Shown: piece after piece, positions 37,096 to 47,617 of the stretch
Layout: each line of letters begins with the position of its first letter
Position numbering within the stretch: the stretch's first letter is position 1
Origin: a virus
Taxonomy: Duplodnaviria; Caudoviricetes
Length of the DNA stretch: 64,000 nucleotides
IMG/VR virus record: IMGVR_UViG_3300009868_000003
Coordinates: 23,261 to 87,260 of that record
Direction: 5' to 3' (one strand)
Program-made: the position numbers and the translations under genes
The notes under the pieces: model-generated
What the model was told of the DNA's origin: nothing
The model's input: only the letters and a program-made list of their open reading frames with translations
Database searches by the model: none

Positions 37096-38675
37096 TAGTT
37101 TTTTTTAGACAGATCTAATGCAACGTATTTATTCTTAAGGGAAACTAAGCTTTTTTGGATGCTTTCCTTAAGAGTAGTAAGATGATCTAGAACATCAGGA
37201 GTTATATCTGGGTTCTTGAGAGCCTCGGAGATTTTAACCTCAGACTGTTCAAGTTTTGCAATATCGGTTTCAATTGCTCTCTTCTCTTCATCAATAATAA
37301 ATGCGGTCTCTTCTGCTTCACTTAGTTGTATTGAATACAGATCCCTAACATCGTATTGGAATTTTTCAAGAACATATATATGGAAACCTACTGGACTAAC
37401 CTTTACGAACTTATCGCTAGTTGTTGTTCCTTTTTCCATCACAAAAACCTTATCCTTAAACCCGATTGCATATGATTCATTTGCAAACTGAGTGTTTCTA
37501 ATCCTTTTTACGTTTTGAAGGTTTACAATTTGAGAAAGACCTTCAAAGAAATCAGCAAGATTTTGACGAACGTTTGTTGACTCCATCATTCCAATCTCAG
37601 TAACATTAACGTTTTCAGGTTCAACCTTAGACCCTGCTATAAATACTTCAACGTTTCCTGATTCATTTGTCTTAAGGCTTACCTTAACATGACGTGTTCC
37701 GGTTGAAACGAATTTTCCTTCTATTTCTTTAAATCCTAAATAATAAAAAGCTTCACATACTTTTCTAAAAGATTCTGGAAGACCTTCGTATTCTTCCTGC
37801 GAAATTAAATCAGGGTCGGTCTCTTCCTCTTCTCCTTCAATTTCTTCGTCTTCTTTGATAACATACATCTTACTGTCGACAAAGAAATAGGATTTATTTT
37901 CATTTTTCATGAATGGGCTAATAACGTCGGAAACGGTGGTTGCACCAGAACCTATACCCATATCAAATCCACCTTCGCCTTGAGCTTCATACATTTTAAG
38001 AGCATTAACAAGACGATTCACAACTGCAACATTCTTAAAATCACGGAGTCTCATAGAGATAGCAGAAGACGTTGTTTCGTCCTTTTCAAGACACTCTTCT
38101 AACACTAAGCACAGATTCTTATAAATTAAGTTGTTAACTCTTTCAAGCTCAAAAATAGTGTCAGCTATCATAAGCTTTGGTTTATTCTCTTCAAGGAATA
38201 CCTTGGCTTCTGTTACGACCTCTTTAATGTCTGCGTCATAGACATAGTTTTCGAAAATCCTAATAAATGGAACCAGAGATTTGAATTCTGGTAAAACCGC
38301 GATAGCCTCTTCTATTTTATCACAGCTTCCCTTTACAATTGGATCCTTAGATGCCTTAGACCCTTTAACCTTCTTAACTTTATCCTTAAGACCAATTGAA
38401 CCTAACAGTTTCTTGGTCTTTTTCTTAGGGGTATTAAACAGTTTTTCTTTTTTGTCTTTAACTAGGTTCTTTATAAAGTTTTTCTTTTCACCAACGAAGT
38501 CGCTTAATGCTTCTAGGTTATTTAGAAGGCTCTCGTACACTTCATCTGAGTCGCTGTTAGTGTTAACAACGTTCTTAGCACCATCCAAATACATTTTTAC
38601 TACTGGGTGGTTAGCCAACGTTTCATCAGATTGAAGTTCTAATATTAATTCTTGAGTCATTCCTGCCATTGCCAT
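37095..38675 (-). CDS. putative structural protein with C-terminal coiled coil
   Basis: 526 aa; late-like motif upstream; morphogenesis context. Confidence 0.6.
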   Translation of the reverse strand: MAMAGMTQELILELQSDETLANHPVVKMYLDGAKNVVNTNSDSDEVYESLLNNLEALSDFVGEKKNFIKNLVKDKKEKLFNTPKKKTKKLLGSIGLKDKVKKVKGSKASKDPIVKGSCDKIEEAIAVLPEFKSLVPFIRIFENYVYDADIKEVVTEAKVFLEENKPKLMIADTIFELERVNNLIYKNLCLVLEECLEKDETTSSAISMRLRDFKNVAVVNRLVNALKMYEAQGEGGFDMGIGSGATTVSDVISPFMKNENKSYFFVDSKMYVIKEDEEIEGEEEETDPDLISQEEYEGLPESFRKVCEAFYYLGFKEIEGKFVSTGTRHVKVSLKTNESGNVEVFIAGSKVEPENVNVTEIGMMESTNVRQNLADFFEGLSQIVNLQNVKRIRNTQFANESYAIGFKDKVFVMEKGTTTSDKFVKVSPVGFHIYVLEKFQYDVRDLYSIQLSEAEETAFIIDEEKRAIETDIAKLEQSEVKISEALKNPDITPDVLDHLTTLKESIQKSLVSLKNKYVALDLSKKN

Positions 38676-38691
38676 GAGGCTTATTTTGATT

Positions 38692-38699
38692 TATTTATC
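38692..38699 (-). promoter_or_regulatory. late-like promoter GATAAATA
   Basis: 16 nt upstream of start 38675. Confidence 0.5.
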
Positions 38700-38704
38700 C
38701 AATT

Positions 38705-40675
38705 TTAACCAGTTTGAATGTTAGTTATCTTAGATAGTTTAGCATTCAATGTGTTTTGGAACCTTGCCTTGTTTGTTGGGTCAAACTTTAACAATATTGC
38801 ATTGTCTGGGCTAGCCTTAATACTTATGTTTTCGTTATCCTTAGCTTGTTGAAGCTGGGCTTCCAACTCAGCAACCTTATTTCTTAAGTCTGCTATTGTT
38901 TCTAAATTATCCTTTTCTGTCTGATATATCGAATTTACTTCATCTCTATCATCTACACTATACCATTTACCTGAATAAAATGATGTTTGGGTTCCGTCTG
39001 TTGCTATTGATATTAAGTGAAAGTTATTATCATTGGACTGAAGGATTTTCTTAGAATCATCTTTAGTGACTTTGAATAGGATTTCGCCTAGACTAGGATT
39101 AGCCTTAGTCTGATCATTAATACTTTCAACAGTGACCTGGCCATCACTTGTATTAAAGACAAGGCTTAATGAAGAATTAAGGTTTAGATCCATCGGTTGA
39201 ATAACATCAGCCACACCTGGTTTTGTTATTTTGGTGTAAACCTTAAACTTAAATATGTTGTCAAAAGGTTTAACAACTATGGGCAGTTTTCCTTGACCGA
39301 ATGCGATGACATCATTGGTGTCCTTAACTGTCACCATATGACTTTCTTCAGACACCGCTATATTCTGAGATTCATAAAACATTGGAACAAATTGAGTAAT
39401 GGTTGTGCCAACACTTGCAGTAGTGGTATTCGGAAGTATTGTGCTCGTAGTATTGCTAGGTCCTATAAAAAGAAGGGTAGAATCAAAGTTCTTTTTGATT
39501 AACTTATTGTATATCTTTTGAGACTCAGGGAGATCTTTAAGCTTAATAGAAACTAAGTGAGCCCCATACTTATTAGGATTTAAAACAACAAGTGAACCTG
39601 ACCTTATTATTTGGTCTCCATTATTTTGATTAAGAAGTCTTACTGTATAATCAATTGTCATTGAGATTGCTTCTTCTGCGTGTTCCAATATTGGTCTAAA
39701 TTTCTGCGGAGCATCAAAATTATCAGTTTGATATTGCACCAAATTAGCCGTCTTTATGAATGATGTTCCTACCTGTTCATATACTGTCAGTTGATGAATT
39801 AGAATCCAATTTTCGCCAGTCCTTGTATTTAAGACTGAAATTAGTTCCTCTGGGAATCCGCTGTTCCATGTGGCAAAAAATTCAATATAATCACCGACTG
39901 TCGATTCCTGAATATGAACTCCTAAATTATCAAATTCGTTTACCTGAACAACATCTGTTTCAAAATGTCGAACTGTGTTAAAGATTTCATACTTAGTATT
40001 ATTTGTTACCAAGTCAGGTGCAGGAGTACACTCATCTAGAGATATTGAAATTGGGCTGTTTTGGATAAACCCTATTCCATCAGTTATTTGATAAGCAAAA
40101 GTTGAGGGCCTGTTTGATGAAGTGTAAAATTCTTCGTCTATGCTTTTAAGGGAAGGTATTGTGATCTCAATATACCTGTCATAAGAAGAGTCCCTTAGAA
40201 AAATAGGTTTAGGGTTAAACGTTAAAAGATATTGCGAAGTCAGTTGATCTAACAAAAGACATGCTAATAAACCAGTCCTCTCATCGGTTAGGTTTTGTTT
40301 TATTGAGAAAACAAGCTTTTGAACTTCGCTAAAATTAAAACCTGTTGCAAAGTGAATTCTTACCTTATCGACTACTGGATTATACCCCGCTATTAGTGAT
40401 TCAGAAACGGTCGTGTCATATAATGTATAGTTAGGAATCTTCTCTTGGTCAAGGTAAACGTATTTTCCTCCATCAAGTGGCATAACCGTTAAATCCTTAA
40501 CGTTTTTAGTTGTGTATAAATATGCGTCCTCATTATAAATTTGGACGGTAGAATCACCACGTTTGGTTGCAAAAAAAGGAATATTTATAATTTGAGTAGA
40601 ACCTAGCGGCTCCATCCTGTATTCAACAAGACAGTAATCAGTAAGGCTTACAAATTTAATTATACCAGTTGCCAT
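38705..40675 (-). CDS. putative structural protein
   Basis: 656-aa beta-rich ORF in morphogenesis region. Confidence 0.6.
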   Translation of the reverse strand: MATGIIKFVSLTDYCLVEYRMEPLGSTQIINIPFFATKRGDSTVQIYNEDAYLYTTKNVKDLTVMPLDGGKYVYLDQEKIPNYTLYDTTVSESLIAGYNPVVDKVRIHFATGFNFSEVQKLVFSIKQNLTDERTGLLACLLLDQLTSQYLLTFNPKPIFLRDSSYDRYIEITIPSLKSIDEEFYTSSNRPSTFAYQITDGIGFIQNSPISISLDECTPAPDLVTNNTKYEIFNTVRHFETDVVQVNEFDNLGVHIQESTVGDYIEFFATWNSGFPEELISVLNTRTGENWILIHQLTVYEQVGTSFIKTANLVQYQTDNFDAPQKFRPILEHAEEAISMTIDYTVRLLNQNNGDQIIRSGSLVVLNPNKYGAHLVSIKLKDLPESQKIYNKLIKKNFDSTLLFIGPSNTTSTILPNTTTASVGTTITQFVPMFYESQNIAVSEESHMVTVKDTNDVIAFGQGKLPIVVKPFDNIFKFKVYTKITKPGVADVIQPMDLNLNSSLSLVFNTSDGQVTVESINDQTKANPSLGEILFKVTKDDSKKILQSNDNNFHLISIATDGTQTSFYSGKWYSVDDRDEVNSIYQTEKDNLETIADLRNKVAELEAQLQQAKDNENISIKASPDNAILLKFDPTNKARFQNTLNAKLSKITNIQTG

Positions 40676-40914
40676 TAACCGTTAATAATTTTAAGAAAGT
40701 CATCGGCAGTTGGACGCTTTCCAGTCTCTAACTCTATCTTATCTATAAGATTTATTTCAGAGCTCCTGAGTGAATCTAATTTCAAAATAAGAGAATTAGC
40801 TTCATCCTTCAATTCATTCATTCGTTCGTTCACTTCATTGAGTTTTCTATGAACTTCTTGATATTCGTCCTTAGTCGAAAGTATTTCTGGTAAAAAATCT
40901 TTAAGTGCTTTCAT
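40675..40914 (-). CDS. small coiled-coil protein
   Basis: Heptad pattern; stop/start overlaps on both sides. Confidence 0.6.
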   Translation of the reverse strand: MKALKDFLPEILSTKDEYQEVHRKLNEVNERMNELKDEANSLILKLDSLRSSEINLIDKIELETGKRPTADDFLKIING

Positions 40915-42095
40915 TAATCTACATTAAGTTTAACTTTTAAGCTTCCAGTTAGAGTCTCATGTATCATTGATAATAGAGTAGTCTGCATAGATATAAGCTG
41001 GCTCAGTTCAGTTAGGTTTGACTGGCTTGAATTATTTGTTGTTGTATTAGTTGTCGAATCACTCCTCTTTTCTGTTATCTTTTCTCGGTCGTTTGTGTTT
41101 GACACCAAGCTTCCTCCCTTTTCTATAAAGAATGTGGAATTTTGAGAGTCAGATTTAATGTTTTTAATGGCCCCCTCAAAAGCAGTTTGCATTTCATTTA
41201 TTCGATTGTCTTTTTCTTCCTTTGGCATTGCTATTTCTAAGTTACTGCGTTCCAGTTGAGCAGAAAATCTATTATTAGTTTCTGATTGGGTTAGCTTATT
41301 GGAAGAATTGTTCTCTAGGTGTAAGGGAGAGTTCTGAAACGATTCGTTTGACGAATATGTTGTATCATACCTTGAGTTACTCGAATCACCTATTGAATTC
41401 TGAGTGTGATTATACGAACTATTGTTTTGGTTTATGATACTAGACTTATTAAAGATCTTGTTTCCACCTTCCAGATGAATTGGGCTTTGGTGAATAGAAG
41501 ATGTCTCACGTTCGGTTTCTCTTGATTCTAAATTCTTTTCAACAGATTCGGTTATTTCCTTAACCTTTTCATCTTCTGTTTTAATTCTTTCAGTTGATGA
41601 CGAAACATTGTTTGAGGTCTGATTTGAGCTTGAGTTTAAAGATAATCTTTCTATTAAGTTTTTTTCCGAATTCTTAAGGCTTATTGATTCCTTTATAAAG
41701 TTTGTCGATTGAAGAACAAGCGGTTGAATGATTTCCCTATTAACAGAATTTATTATCGGTTCAATAAGAGAAGCAGCTGTCTGAATTATTAATGGTTCTA
41801 TCCTTTCAGACGTCTTCTCGATTATCTTAGTAATTTCAGTTTCACGTATTGTGTTAGTTTCCTTCTCAGAAACAGGTCCAATTTTATTTGATTTTCTTTC
41901 TTCTTTAGCTTCATCCTCTTTTTCAGTCTCAGTTTCAATACCTCTCGTTTCAATAAACGCAAGGTCACCGGTAACTAAATCATTTAATGGAACCTCCTTT
42001 ATAAGGTCACTAGTACTTCCAATAGAAGAATTTACTTTATCATTTGAAACTTCTTCAAACCCATTAAGGTCGCTTGAAAAGAGAGAGTTAATCAT
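40914..42095 (-). CDS. low-complexity S/T/N/E-rich protein
   Basis: 393-aa ORF downstream of baseplate hub chaperone-like genes. Confidence 0.55.
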   Translation of the reverse strand: MINSLFSSDLNGFEEVSNDKVNSSIGSTSDLIKEVPLNDLVTGDLAFIETRGIETETEKEDEAKEERKSNKIGPVSEKETNTIRETEITKIIEKTSERIEPLIIQTAASLIEPIINSVNREIIQPLVLQSTNFIKESISLKNSEKNLIERLSLNSSSNQTSNNVSSSTERIKTEDEKVKEITESVEKNLESRETERETSSIHQSPIHLEGGNKIFNKSSIINQNNSSYNHTQNSIGDSSNSRYDTTYSSNESFQNSPLHLENNSSNKLTQSETNNRFSAQLERSNLEIAMPKEEKDNRINEMQTAFEGAIKNIKSDSQNSTFFIEKGGSLVSNTNDREKITEKRSDSTTNTTTNNSSQSNLTELSQLISMQTTLLSMIHETLTGSLKVKLNVD

Positions 42096-42103
42096 TAATT
42101 TAT

Positions 42104-42316
42104 TTAATCAAATTTTGCTGGAATGAAACCAGGAATATCTGAGCTCTCTTTTTTAAGTTCAATAGTTTTATGTTCTAATGATTCGTTCTTTTCTCGAATC
42201 TCGCTGTTAAATATTGTGACATATGTTGAGTATTCGTAAAAAGGAAGATTGTATAGTGTTTCTAGGCTTTGCTTTAGCTTCTCGGTCAGGAACTTATTGA
42301 CATTAAATAAGTTCAT
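42104..42316 (-). CDS. T4 gp51-like baseplate hub assembly protein
   Basis: MNLF..NK.L......SLETLYNLPFYEYSTY resembles the gp51 pattern; ATG 42316. Confidence 0.5.
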   Translation of the reverse strand: MNLFNVNKFLTEKLKQSLETLYNLPFYEYSTYVTIFNSEIREKNESLEHKTIELKKESSDIPGFIPAKFD

Positions 42317-43286
42317 CAAGTCTAATTGAAATAAAGAAAAGATCTTTGACAGAGAAGCCTGACTCCAAAAAAATTGGACTTGTGATTTTTGTTCCGCATT
42401 TTGGACAAGATATGCTAAGAATCTCCTTTTTAGACTTTTCAAGTATATCAACTATCTTAGTTACTGCAAAGAACTTGTTGTTGGACCATCTCATGTAATC
42501 CATCTTAATTGCATTTATCTCTGCCCTAGTTAAAGTTGGATTATTTGTCAGATATGGTAGCAGTTTTAAAAATTCAGGTTCTAAATCTGTGTTAGACTTT
42601 CTGAGTTCAGAACGATGCGCTCTAATCCTGTCATATGAACCTAGGTTTGGAAGGTATATTTTTGCAGAACCTCCAATCTTTTCTGAGCTTATAACAATGC
42701 ATCTATTTTCTTCCGAATAGTGAACTTTTAATTCATCTGGGAAGTTAAAGAGGTTTAGCATTCCGCTTCTAACTTGCTGTTTTTCTGAATATTGTGGCCT
42801 ACATGTTCCCTTACATTCAAAATGAGTATAAAGCTTGTTTTCTTGGTTTGGAAAGGTTAATTCATAGATCCTAAAGATTATAAAAAATCTATCGATATCT
42901 AAGATTCTCTGCCAACCTAACCATGTGCTTTCTCCTTTAATTTTAAAACGAGTGCACTTCTCAAGAATAAAATTGAGTTTTTCGTTTATACTTAGCCTAT
43001 CGAACTCGTCAATAGTAGACCAGTGACGAATTTCATTAACATTAGCTGCCCTAATTGTCAGTTCAGCTCCTACTGGATAAAACATTCCCAGTGAAGGTAG
43101 GTATTCTAGGTTCAGAATCTTCCACCCTGAGTCGTTTGCTCCAGATATTTCTGAAACTTGAGGTTGTCTTGCGGTTCCTAGACTGATTGGTTTTTGTGAT
43201 TGATTGACTCCTCCGGCAATATCCCTTTGAGCAAGGGTTTTTTCTGCTTCAGAGTCATCGATGATTGGGTGACCTGATTTCATCAA
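42303..43286 (-). CDS. T4 gp26-like baseplate hub / tail assembly chaperone
   Basis: LPSLG.FY, IR...V.EI, D....F.RI, two CxxC-like pairs, ends DLFF. Confidence 0.6.
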   Translation of the reverse strand: MMKSGHPIIDDSEAEKTLAQRDIAGGVNQSQKPISLGTARQPQVSEISGANDSGWKILNLEYLPSLGMFYPVGAELTIRAANVNEIRHWSTIDEFDRLSINEKLNFILEKCTRFKIKGESTWLGWQRILDIDRFFIIFRIYELTFPNQENKLYTHFECKGTCRPQYSEKQQVRSGMLNLFNFPDELKVHYSEENRCIVISSEKIGGSAKIYLPNLGSYDRIRAHRSELRKSNTDLEPEFLKLLPYLTNNPTLTRAEINAIKMDYMRWSNNKFFAVTKIVDILEKSKKEILSISCPKCGTKITSPIFLESGFSVKDLFFISIRLDELI

Positions 43287-43307
43287 AATAACAGTTCTTT
43301 AGTTTAA

Positions 43308-43775
43308 TTATACTCCGAAACTGTCTATGGATTTTACGTATTGTTTGCTCTCAAAAACAACAGACTCATTGAGCCTTTGGAGAGAGCTAGGATAAACTTC
43401 AAAAACCCGCTGAGTTTTTATGTCCCTAATGAATGCTCTAACCGTCTTGTTTTTATTGTCAACTACAAATTTATCAAAGCTTCCAACTGCATAATCTGGA
43501 TTCTTTTTCTTTCCGTTTCCCTCAAATGTAGAATTGACTATGACCCCTTGGGTACGTATTCCTTTTCTGAAAATTGAAGTCATCTCTTTTAAAGAGTCTT
43601 GAAAGGCATCTGGATGAATGTCTTCGAATTTTGTATTGTTACTTACAAGAGGTAGTAGTTTAATTGAAATGCCACCGGTAAATGCACTCCTGCCGTTTCC
43701 GAAACTTGTATCGCTTCGACCATATAGAGGTAGCTTACTTTGAGCCTGATTAAATTGTGAGTATGTAAATTGCAT
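43308..43775 (-). CDS. hypothetical protein
   Basis: 155-aa ORF. Confidence 0.6.
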   Translation of the reverse strand: MQFTYSQFNQAQSKLPLYGRSDTSFGNGRSAFTGGISIKLLPLVSNNTKFEDIHPDAFQDSLKEMTSIFRKGIRTQGVIVNSTFEGNGKKKNPDYAVGSFDKFVVDNKNKTVRAFIRDIKTQRVFEVYPSSLQRLNESVVFESKQYVKSIDSFGV

Positions 43776-44119
43776 TATCTGTTCAATGATGGTGCAAGAG
43801 AACCTAAAAGTACGAGCTTATTATCGTATGTGGTTCCTGACCAGGTTACTTTTCCTACATATACGTAAAACACTCCGCCTGCTGGAATGGTGATAGATGT
43901 TCCTGAACCTATCCAAGTGCTTCCATCGTGCATGTCCATTGGCCAAACAGTAACAGTTGCGGCTGAAGAATCTGTGTTATGGATTCCAAAATATGTTGCA
44001 TTATAATGACCTATTGACTTGCTACTGCCTGCTTGACGTAAATCTGATGATACCCAAGTAGGTCTATAGTCTGTGTCTTTTACCAAAGAAGTAAGCAATG
44101 CTGCTACGTTTGAATGCAT
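43775..44119 (-). CDS. putative structural beta-sandwich protein
   Basis: 114 aa, beta-rich. Confidence 0.5.
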   Translation of the reverse strand: MHSNVAALLTSLVKDTDYRPTWVSSDLRQAGSSKSIGHYNATYFGIHNTDSSAATVTVWPMDMHDGSTWIGSGTSITIPAGGVFYVYVGKVTWSGTTYDNKLVLLGSLAPSLNR

Positions 44120-44134
44120 TCGTGTAATGTGTTT

Positions 44135-44728
44135 TTAACAATCACAGTTTTTAATATCAAGCGAACTCTTCACGTAAATAAGAAGGGCTCGTACCTTTAT
44201 ACTAAAATTAGTGTGAGGATTGGTTATCTCTACTTTATTTATTAGATCATCAGGATCCCTTGATTCTGGGTTACAGAAGTGAGAACTGAAATTGAATAAT
44301 GGTATTGAAAGTTGTTGGTTGGTCCTGTTTATAAAAGTCAGGTTACATGTTTTATATTTAGGTTCAATGTCCTCTCCTTCAGAATCAAGAGTCGGATAAT
44401 AGACATAAATTAAATAACCCCTAACATATTGTTTATCCTCAGATATTGCCCCAGGTGAATCGGATACCAACAAATCTAATGCATTATCGAAAAGGACTAA
44501 AGTATCTCCTGCACAGACTTCAAAATCAATGGATAAGTGTCCGTCTACTGGATAGTCGAAATTGTTTAGATCACAAAAAGATGCAATAGTCTGGTCCTTT
44601 GAATATATGTTGAAGCATTGATTAAAAAGCCTTAATGAATTCTTCTGAGAATTTGTATCACACAGGTTAGCGAAGGATGAGTTCACCCTGACCTCGTTTG
44701 GATTGTTTACATATTTAATGTAAGCCAT
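44135..44728 (-). CDS. putative structural protein
   Basis: 197-aa ORF in operon. Confidence 0.55.
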   Translation of the reverse strand: MAYIKYVNNPNEVRVNSSFANLCDTNSQKNSLRLFNQCFNIYSKDQTIASFCDLNNFDYPVDGHLSIDFEVCAGDTLVLFDNALDLLVSDSPGAISEDKQYVRGYLIYVYYPTLDSEGEDIEPKYKTCNLTFINRTNQQLSIPLFNFSSHFCNPESRDPDDLINKVEITNPHTNFSIKVRALLIYVKSSLDIKNCDC

Positions 44729-45369
44729 TATCGATTAATGTTTTTTTCATTTCCAGTAGAAATGTTGAAGTCGGGATTATCTATAGGAGTTTCAGTCAAT
44801 ATAGGAACTTCTTCTATTGACTGCTCTTGAATTATCTCATGTTCCTTTTCAATAGTTGAGGATGGACTGTCTATTGTTGGTTCAATTATGACGTTTGGCT
44901 CTTCTATTTTAGTTAAAACTGGTTCCCTTTCAGGTTCGTTCTTCAGATAATCAACAAGTGATTTAATGAAACCTAATGCAATTAGAGGAAGTATTGCCCC
45001 GCTTATTAACGCAAGTATTCTCTTTTGAAATATTGGGTCTTCTTCCTGTAAACCAAAGAGTTCAATCCATCCTTGATAATTATTAAGGTGAACGAACGAG
45101 TGATATGTATTACTCATCGCCTGCATAGCAGTCAATAGGATAAAAAGAGACCAAACAATATACATATTGATTCTTTTTAGGACAACTATTGATGCAAGAG
45201 AGGCTGCTGCTCCTATTTCAAAGGCAACTGCTAAGAATATTGCCAGCCAATCTGGATTAGACAATTTAAAAAACGCGACAGAGTGAATCGTTGATATAGT
45301 TGAAACGACAAGATATAGCACGACAAATGTGCCAATTACAAACCAGTTTATGGCTTTTTGTAATTTCAT
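44728..45369 (-). CDS. multi-TM membrane protein (DUF2637-like)
   Basis: Four hydrophobic helices then acidic P/E-rich tail. Confidence 0.55.
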   Translation of the reverse strand: MKLQKAINWFVIGTFVVLYLVVSTISTIHSVAFFKLSNPDWLAIFLAVAFEIGAAASLASIVVLKRINMYIVWSLFILLTAMQAMSNTYHSFVHLNNYQGWIELFGLQEEDPIFQKRILALISGAILPLIALGFIKSLVDYLKNEPEREPVLTKIEEPNVIIEPTIDSPSSTIEKEHEIIQEQSIEEVPILTETPIDNPDFNISTGNEKNINR

Positions 45370-45662
45370 TTAACGCTAGCTTTATTTTTTATCTCAGAAA
45401 GACTAGTTTTTCCCTTATCTAAATCGTCTTCATAGATTAAAAAATCATAGAAATTATGTACGCTAGACTCGTCTATTTCTTTAAGAGACGGTTTAGACTT
45501 AAGCTCAACTGTTAAGCTGTCTATTTTAGACTCAAGCTGAGCAATCTTTTTGGACTGAGAATTGTCCCTTCTGGAATTATTACATTGTCCTAAAAGGACG
45601 AGAACCAGAAGCACTAAAAGTATTTTAGATAAGTGTTTTTCAAATAGATTCATAGGACCCAC
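45366..45662 (-). CDS. putative lipoprotein with coiled coil (spanin-like)
   Basis: Hydrophobic N-terminus ending LLGQC, then coiled coil. Confidence 0.45.
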   Translation of the reverse strand: MGPMNLFEKHLSKILLVLLVLVLLGQCNNSRRDNSQSKKIAQLESKIDSLTVELKSKPSLKEIDESSVHNFYDFLIYEDDLDKGKTSLSEIKNKASVK

Positions 45663-45671
45663 CTTTCTTAT

Positions 45672-45679
45672 TATTTATA
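45672..45679 (-). promoter_or_regulatory. T4-late-like promoter TATAAATA
   Basis: Exact motif about 9 nt upstream of start 45662. Confidence 0.5.
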
Positions 45680-45699
45680 AGAAATCTAGGTCCTATGAG

Positions 45700-46182
45700 T
45701 TATAGAAATTTGAAGATGATGGTTAACAGAACAGCAGCATACGCTAAAAGATTAGCCGCAGCTGTTACTCCAGCTCGAATAAGGTTCTCTTTTAAAAGGT
45801 AAGAATATGAGAAATCAATCCAGACAAGGTATCCGTAATAGTCTTTGTCCCTTATTCTTTCGAAACCGGTCTTAACGTAATCTATGAGCATATGCTTAAG
45901 ATAAAACTCGTTGTATGGGCCTAGTGATTCTTTCACTTTGGTCATTTCAAGTTTTTGAAGTTCTGAGAAACCTTCCTTTTCATAGATTAAAAGTTCAGGC
46001 TGTAAGTTAACTATGTAATAAGCTTTACCCCATTCGGTGACTCGAAGGTTAACCTTATCAAATTCTCCGTCTTTTTTAAGCTTATTGATTACTTTAATAT
46101 AAGTCCAATAATCAAATGCCTCGTTGGCAATTGCACGTAGTTCTCTGTATATTTTGACCGGATTTATGTAATCTAAAAACAT
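45700..46182 (-). CDS. hypothetical protein with C-terminal TM helix
   Basis: Hydrophobic C-terminus. Confidence 0.6.
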   Translation of the reverse strand: MFLDYINPVKIYRELRAIANEAFDYWTYIKVINKLKKDGEFDKVNLRVTEWGKAYYIVNLQPELLIYEKEGFSELQKLEMTKVKESLGPYNEFYLKHMLIDYVKTGFERIRDKDYYGYLVWIDFSYSYLLKENLIRAGVTAAANLLAYAAVLLTIIFKFL

Positions 46183-46183
46183 C

Positions 46184-46816
46184 TTAAACGAGTTCGAATA
46201 TTCTGTCTTGTAAATCAGGATTTTCCTGTAAAACTCGACTTCTTACTATTTTACGAGCCTTTCTTAGTTTAGTTTTAACTGTGTTGAGATTCATTTCGTA
46301 CTTTACTGCAATGTCTTCACCCTTAAGTAGGTTAATGTCCTTCTCTATTAGTAAAGTTTTTTCTATGGAATCTGGTAGATTTTCAATTTCCATCATTGTT
46401 GCTTGATAAAGACGAGTCTTAAGTGACTCTCGCTCAAATGATTCATAATAACCATCTGCTATTTCGAATGTTAGGGGTGAAACATCATCAATAGAAACCA
46501 TCGGTTTAACCTTTTTCTTAACTTGATCGATGTGATAGAGAGCTTGATTTCTGGCAATTGTGAATGCCCAGGTTGTAAACCTGTACTGAGGATTAAAGGT
46601 GTGAATGTTGTTGAAGATTTTTTCACAAGTTTCCATTAGGGCATGACTTGTTTCTTCTTCATCGTTGAAAAACTTCCAAATGAAGTATTTCAATTTCGGG
46701 TAGATTAAAGACGCTAATCTGTTTCGTTCTGTTTCCTTATAGTCTCCACTTTTTACTTTGATTGCTAATTCCTGAATTTCGTCGTTTGTTCTTTTGCTTA
46801 ACTCTTTAAAGTTCAT
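46184..46816 (-). CDS. ECF-type sigma-70 family RNA polymerase sigma factor
   Basis: Region 2 F....RFTTWAFTIARN.AL; region 4 EDIA...EMNLNTVKTKLRKAR. Confidence 0.85.
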   Translation of the reverse strand: MNFKELSKRTNDEIQELAIKVKSGDYKETERNRLASLIYPKLKYFIWKFFNDEEETSHALMETCEKIFNNIHTFNPQYRFTTWAFTIARNQALYHIDQVKKKVKPMVSIDDVSPLTFEIADGYYESFERESLKTRLYQATMMEIENLPDSIEKTLLIEKDINLLKGEDIAVKYEMNLNTVKTKLRKARKIVRSRVLQENPDLQDRIFELV

Positions 46817-46880
46817 ATATGGGTTCGATATTTTTCTAAGGTAGAGTTTTTGTGGAGTATGCTAAATATACATAAAAAGC

Positions 46881-47615
46881 TTAAGACTTGTCATTGTGTT
46901 TCCACCTTTCGTAGCGTTGAGTAATTTCAATTAGAATTTTATTACGGACTATATCATTTTCGTTAAATATAAACTTAGAAACACCCTCAATTCCATCCAT
47001 TAACTCGATAAATTTTGGGAGTGCTACCTTCTTTTTCTCTATGTCAAACTGGCTTACGTCGCCACATGCTAACATTTTCGACCGGTTACCTAATCTGGTC
47101 ACAAACAGTATTAGCTGGGAGAAATCGGCGTTCTGAACTTCGTCGAGTATCATTAAACATTCATCAAATGAAGCTCCCCTCATATAAGCAAGTGGTCTGT
47201 ATTCTAAGAACATTGATTCAAATATCTTAAATAGGGGTTCTCCAAGTATCTTTATGTAGTTTGAAACATAGCTTTCCATAAACGGTCCTATCTTATCTGA
47301 CACTTCACCTGGAAGAAAACCTAACTTTTCTCCAGATTCCTGAATAGGTTTGCATAGGACTACTTTGTTAACTTTATGCTTAACTAAAAGTTCAAGTGAG
47401 GTTACACATGCGGTAAAGGTTTTGCTGGTTCCTGCTGGTCCGTGACAAAACGTTATAGTGTTGTTTTTTATTGTTTCTGAGTATTTCTTCTGAGATTCTG
47501 AGAGCTGGATATTCGTTAAATGATCATCTATTTGTTTTAAGATTTCCTTCCTATCTTTACTTGTCGGTTGTTTTTTAAGATTAGGTTTTTGTTCAGGCGA
47601 ATGTTTTTCTCTCAT
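46881..47615 (-). CDS. phoH: PhoH family ATPase
   Basis: GPAGTSKT, LGFLPG, PLAYMRGASF, ILDEVQN, GD..Q.D. Confidence 0.92.
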   Translation of the reverse strand: MREKHSPEQKPNLKKQPTSKDRKEILKQIDDHLTNIQLSESQKKYSETIKNNTITFCHGPAGTSKTFTACVTSLELLVKHKVNKVVLCKPIQESGEKLGFLPGEVSDKIGPFMESYVSNYIKILGEPLFKIFESMFLEYRPLAYMRGASFDECLMILDEVQNADFSQLILFVTRLGNRSKMLACGDVSQFDIEKKKVALPKFIELMDGIEGVSKFIFNENDIVRNKILIEITQRYERWKHNDKS

Positions 47616-47617
47616 TC

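Noticed and set aside
46881-47615. phoH, thyX, gmk and Hsp20 as novel auxiliary genes
   Set aside because: All are widespread in large T4-like phages; listed as features only.
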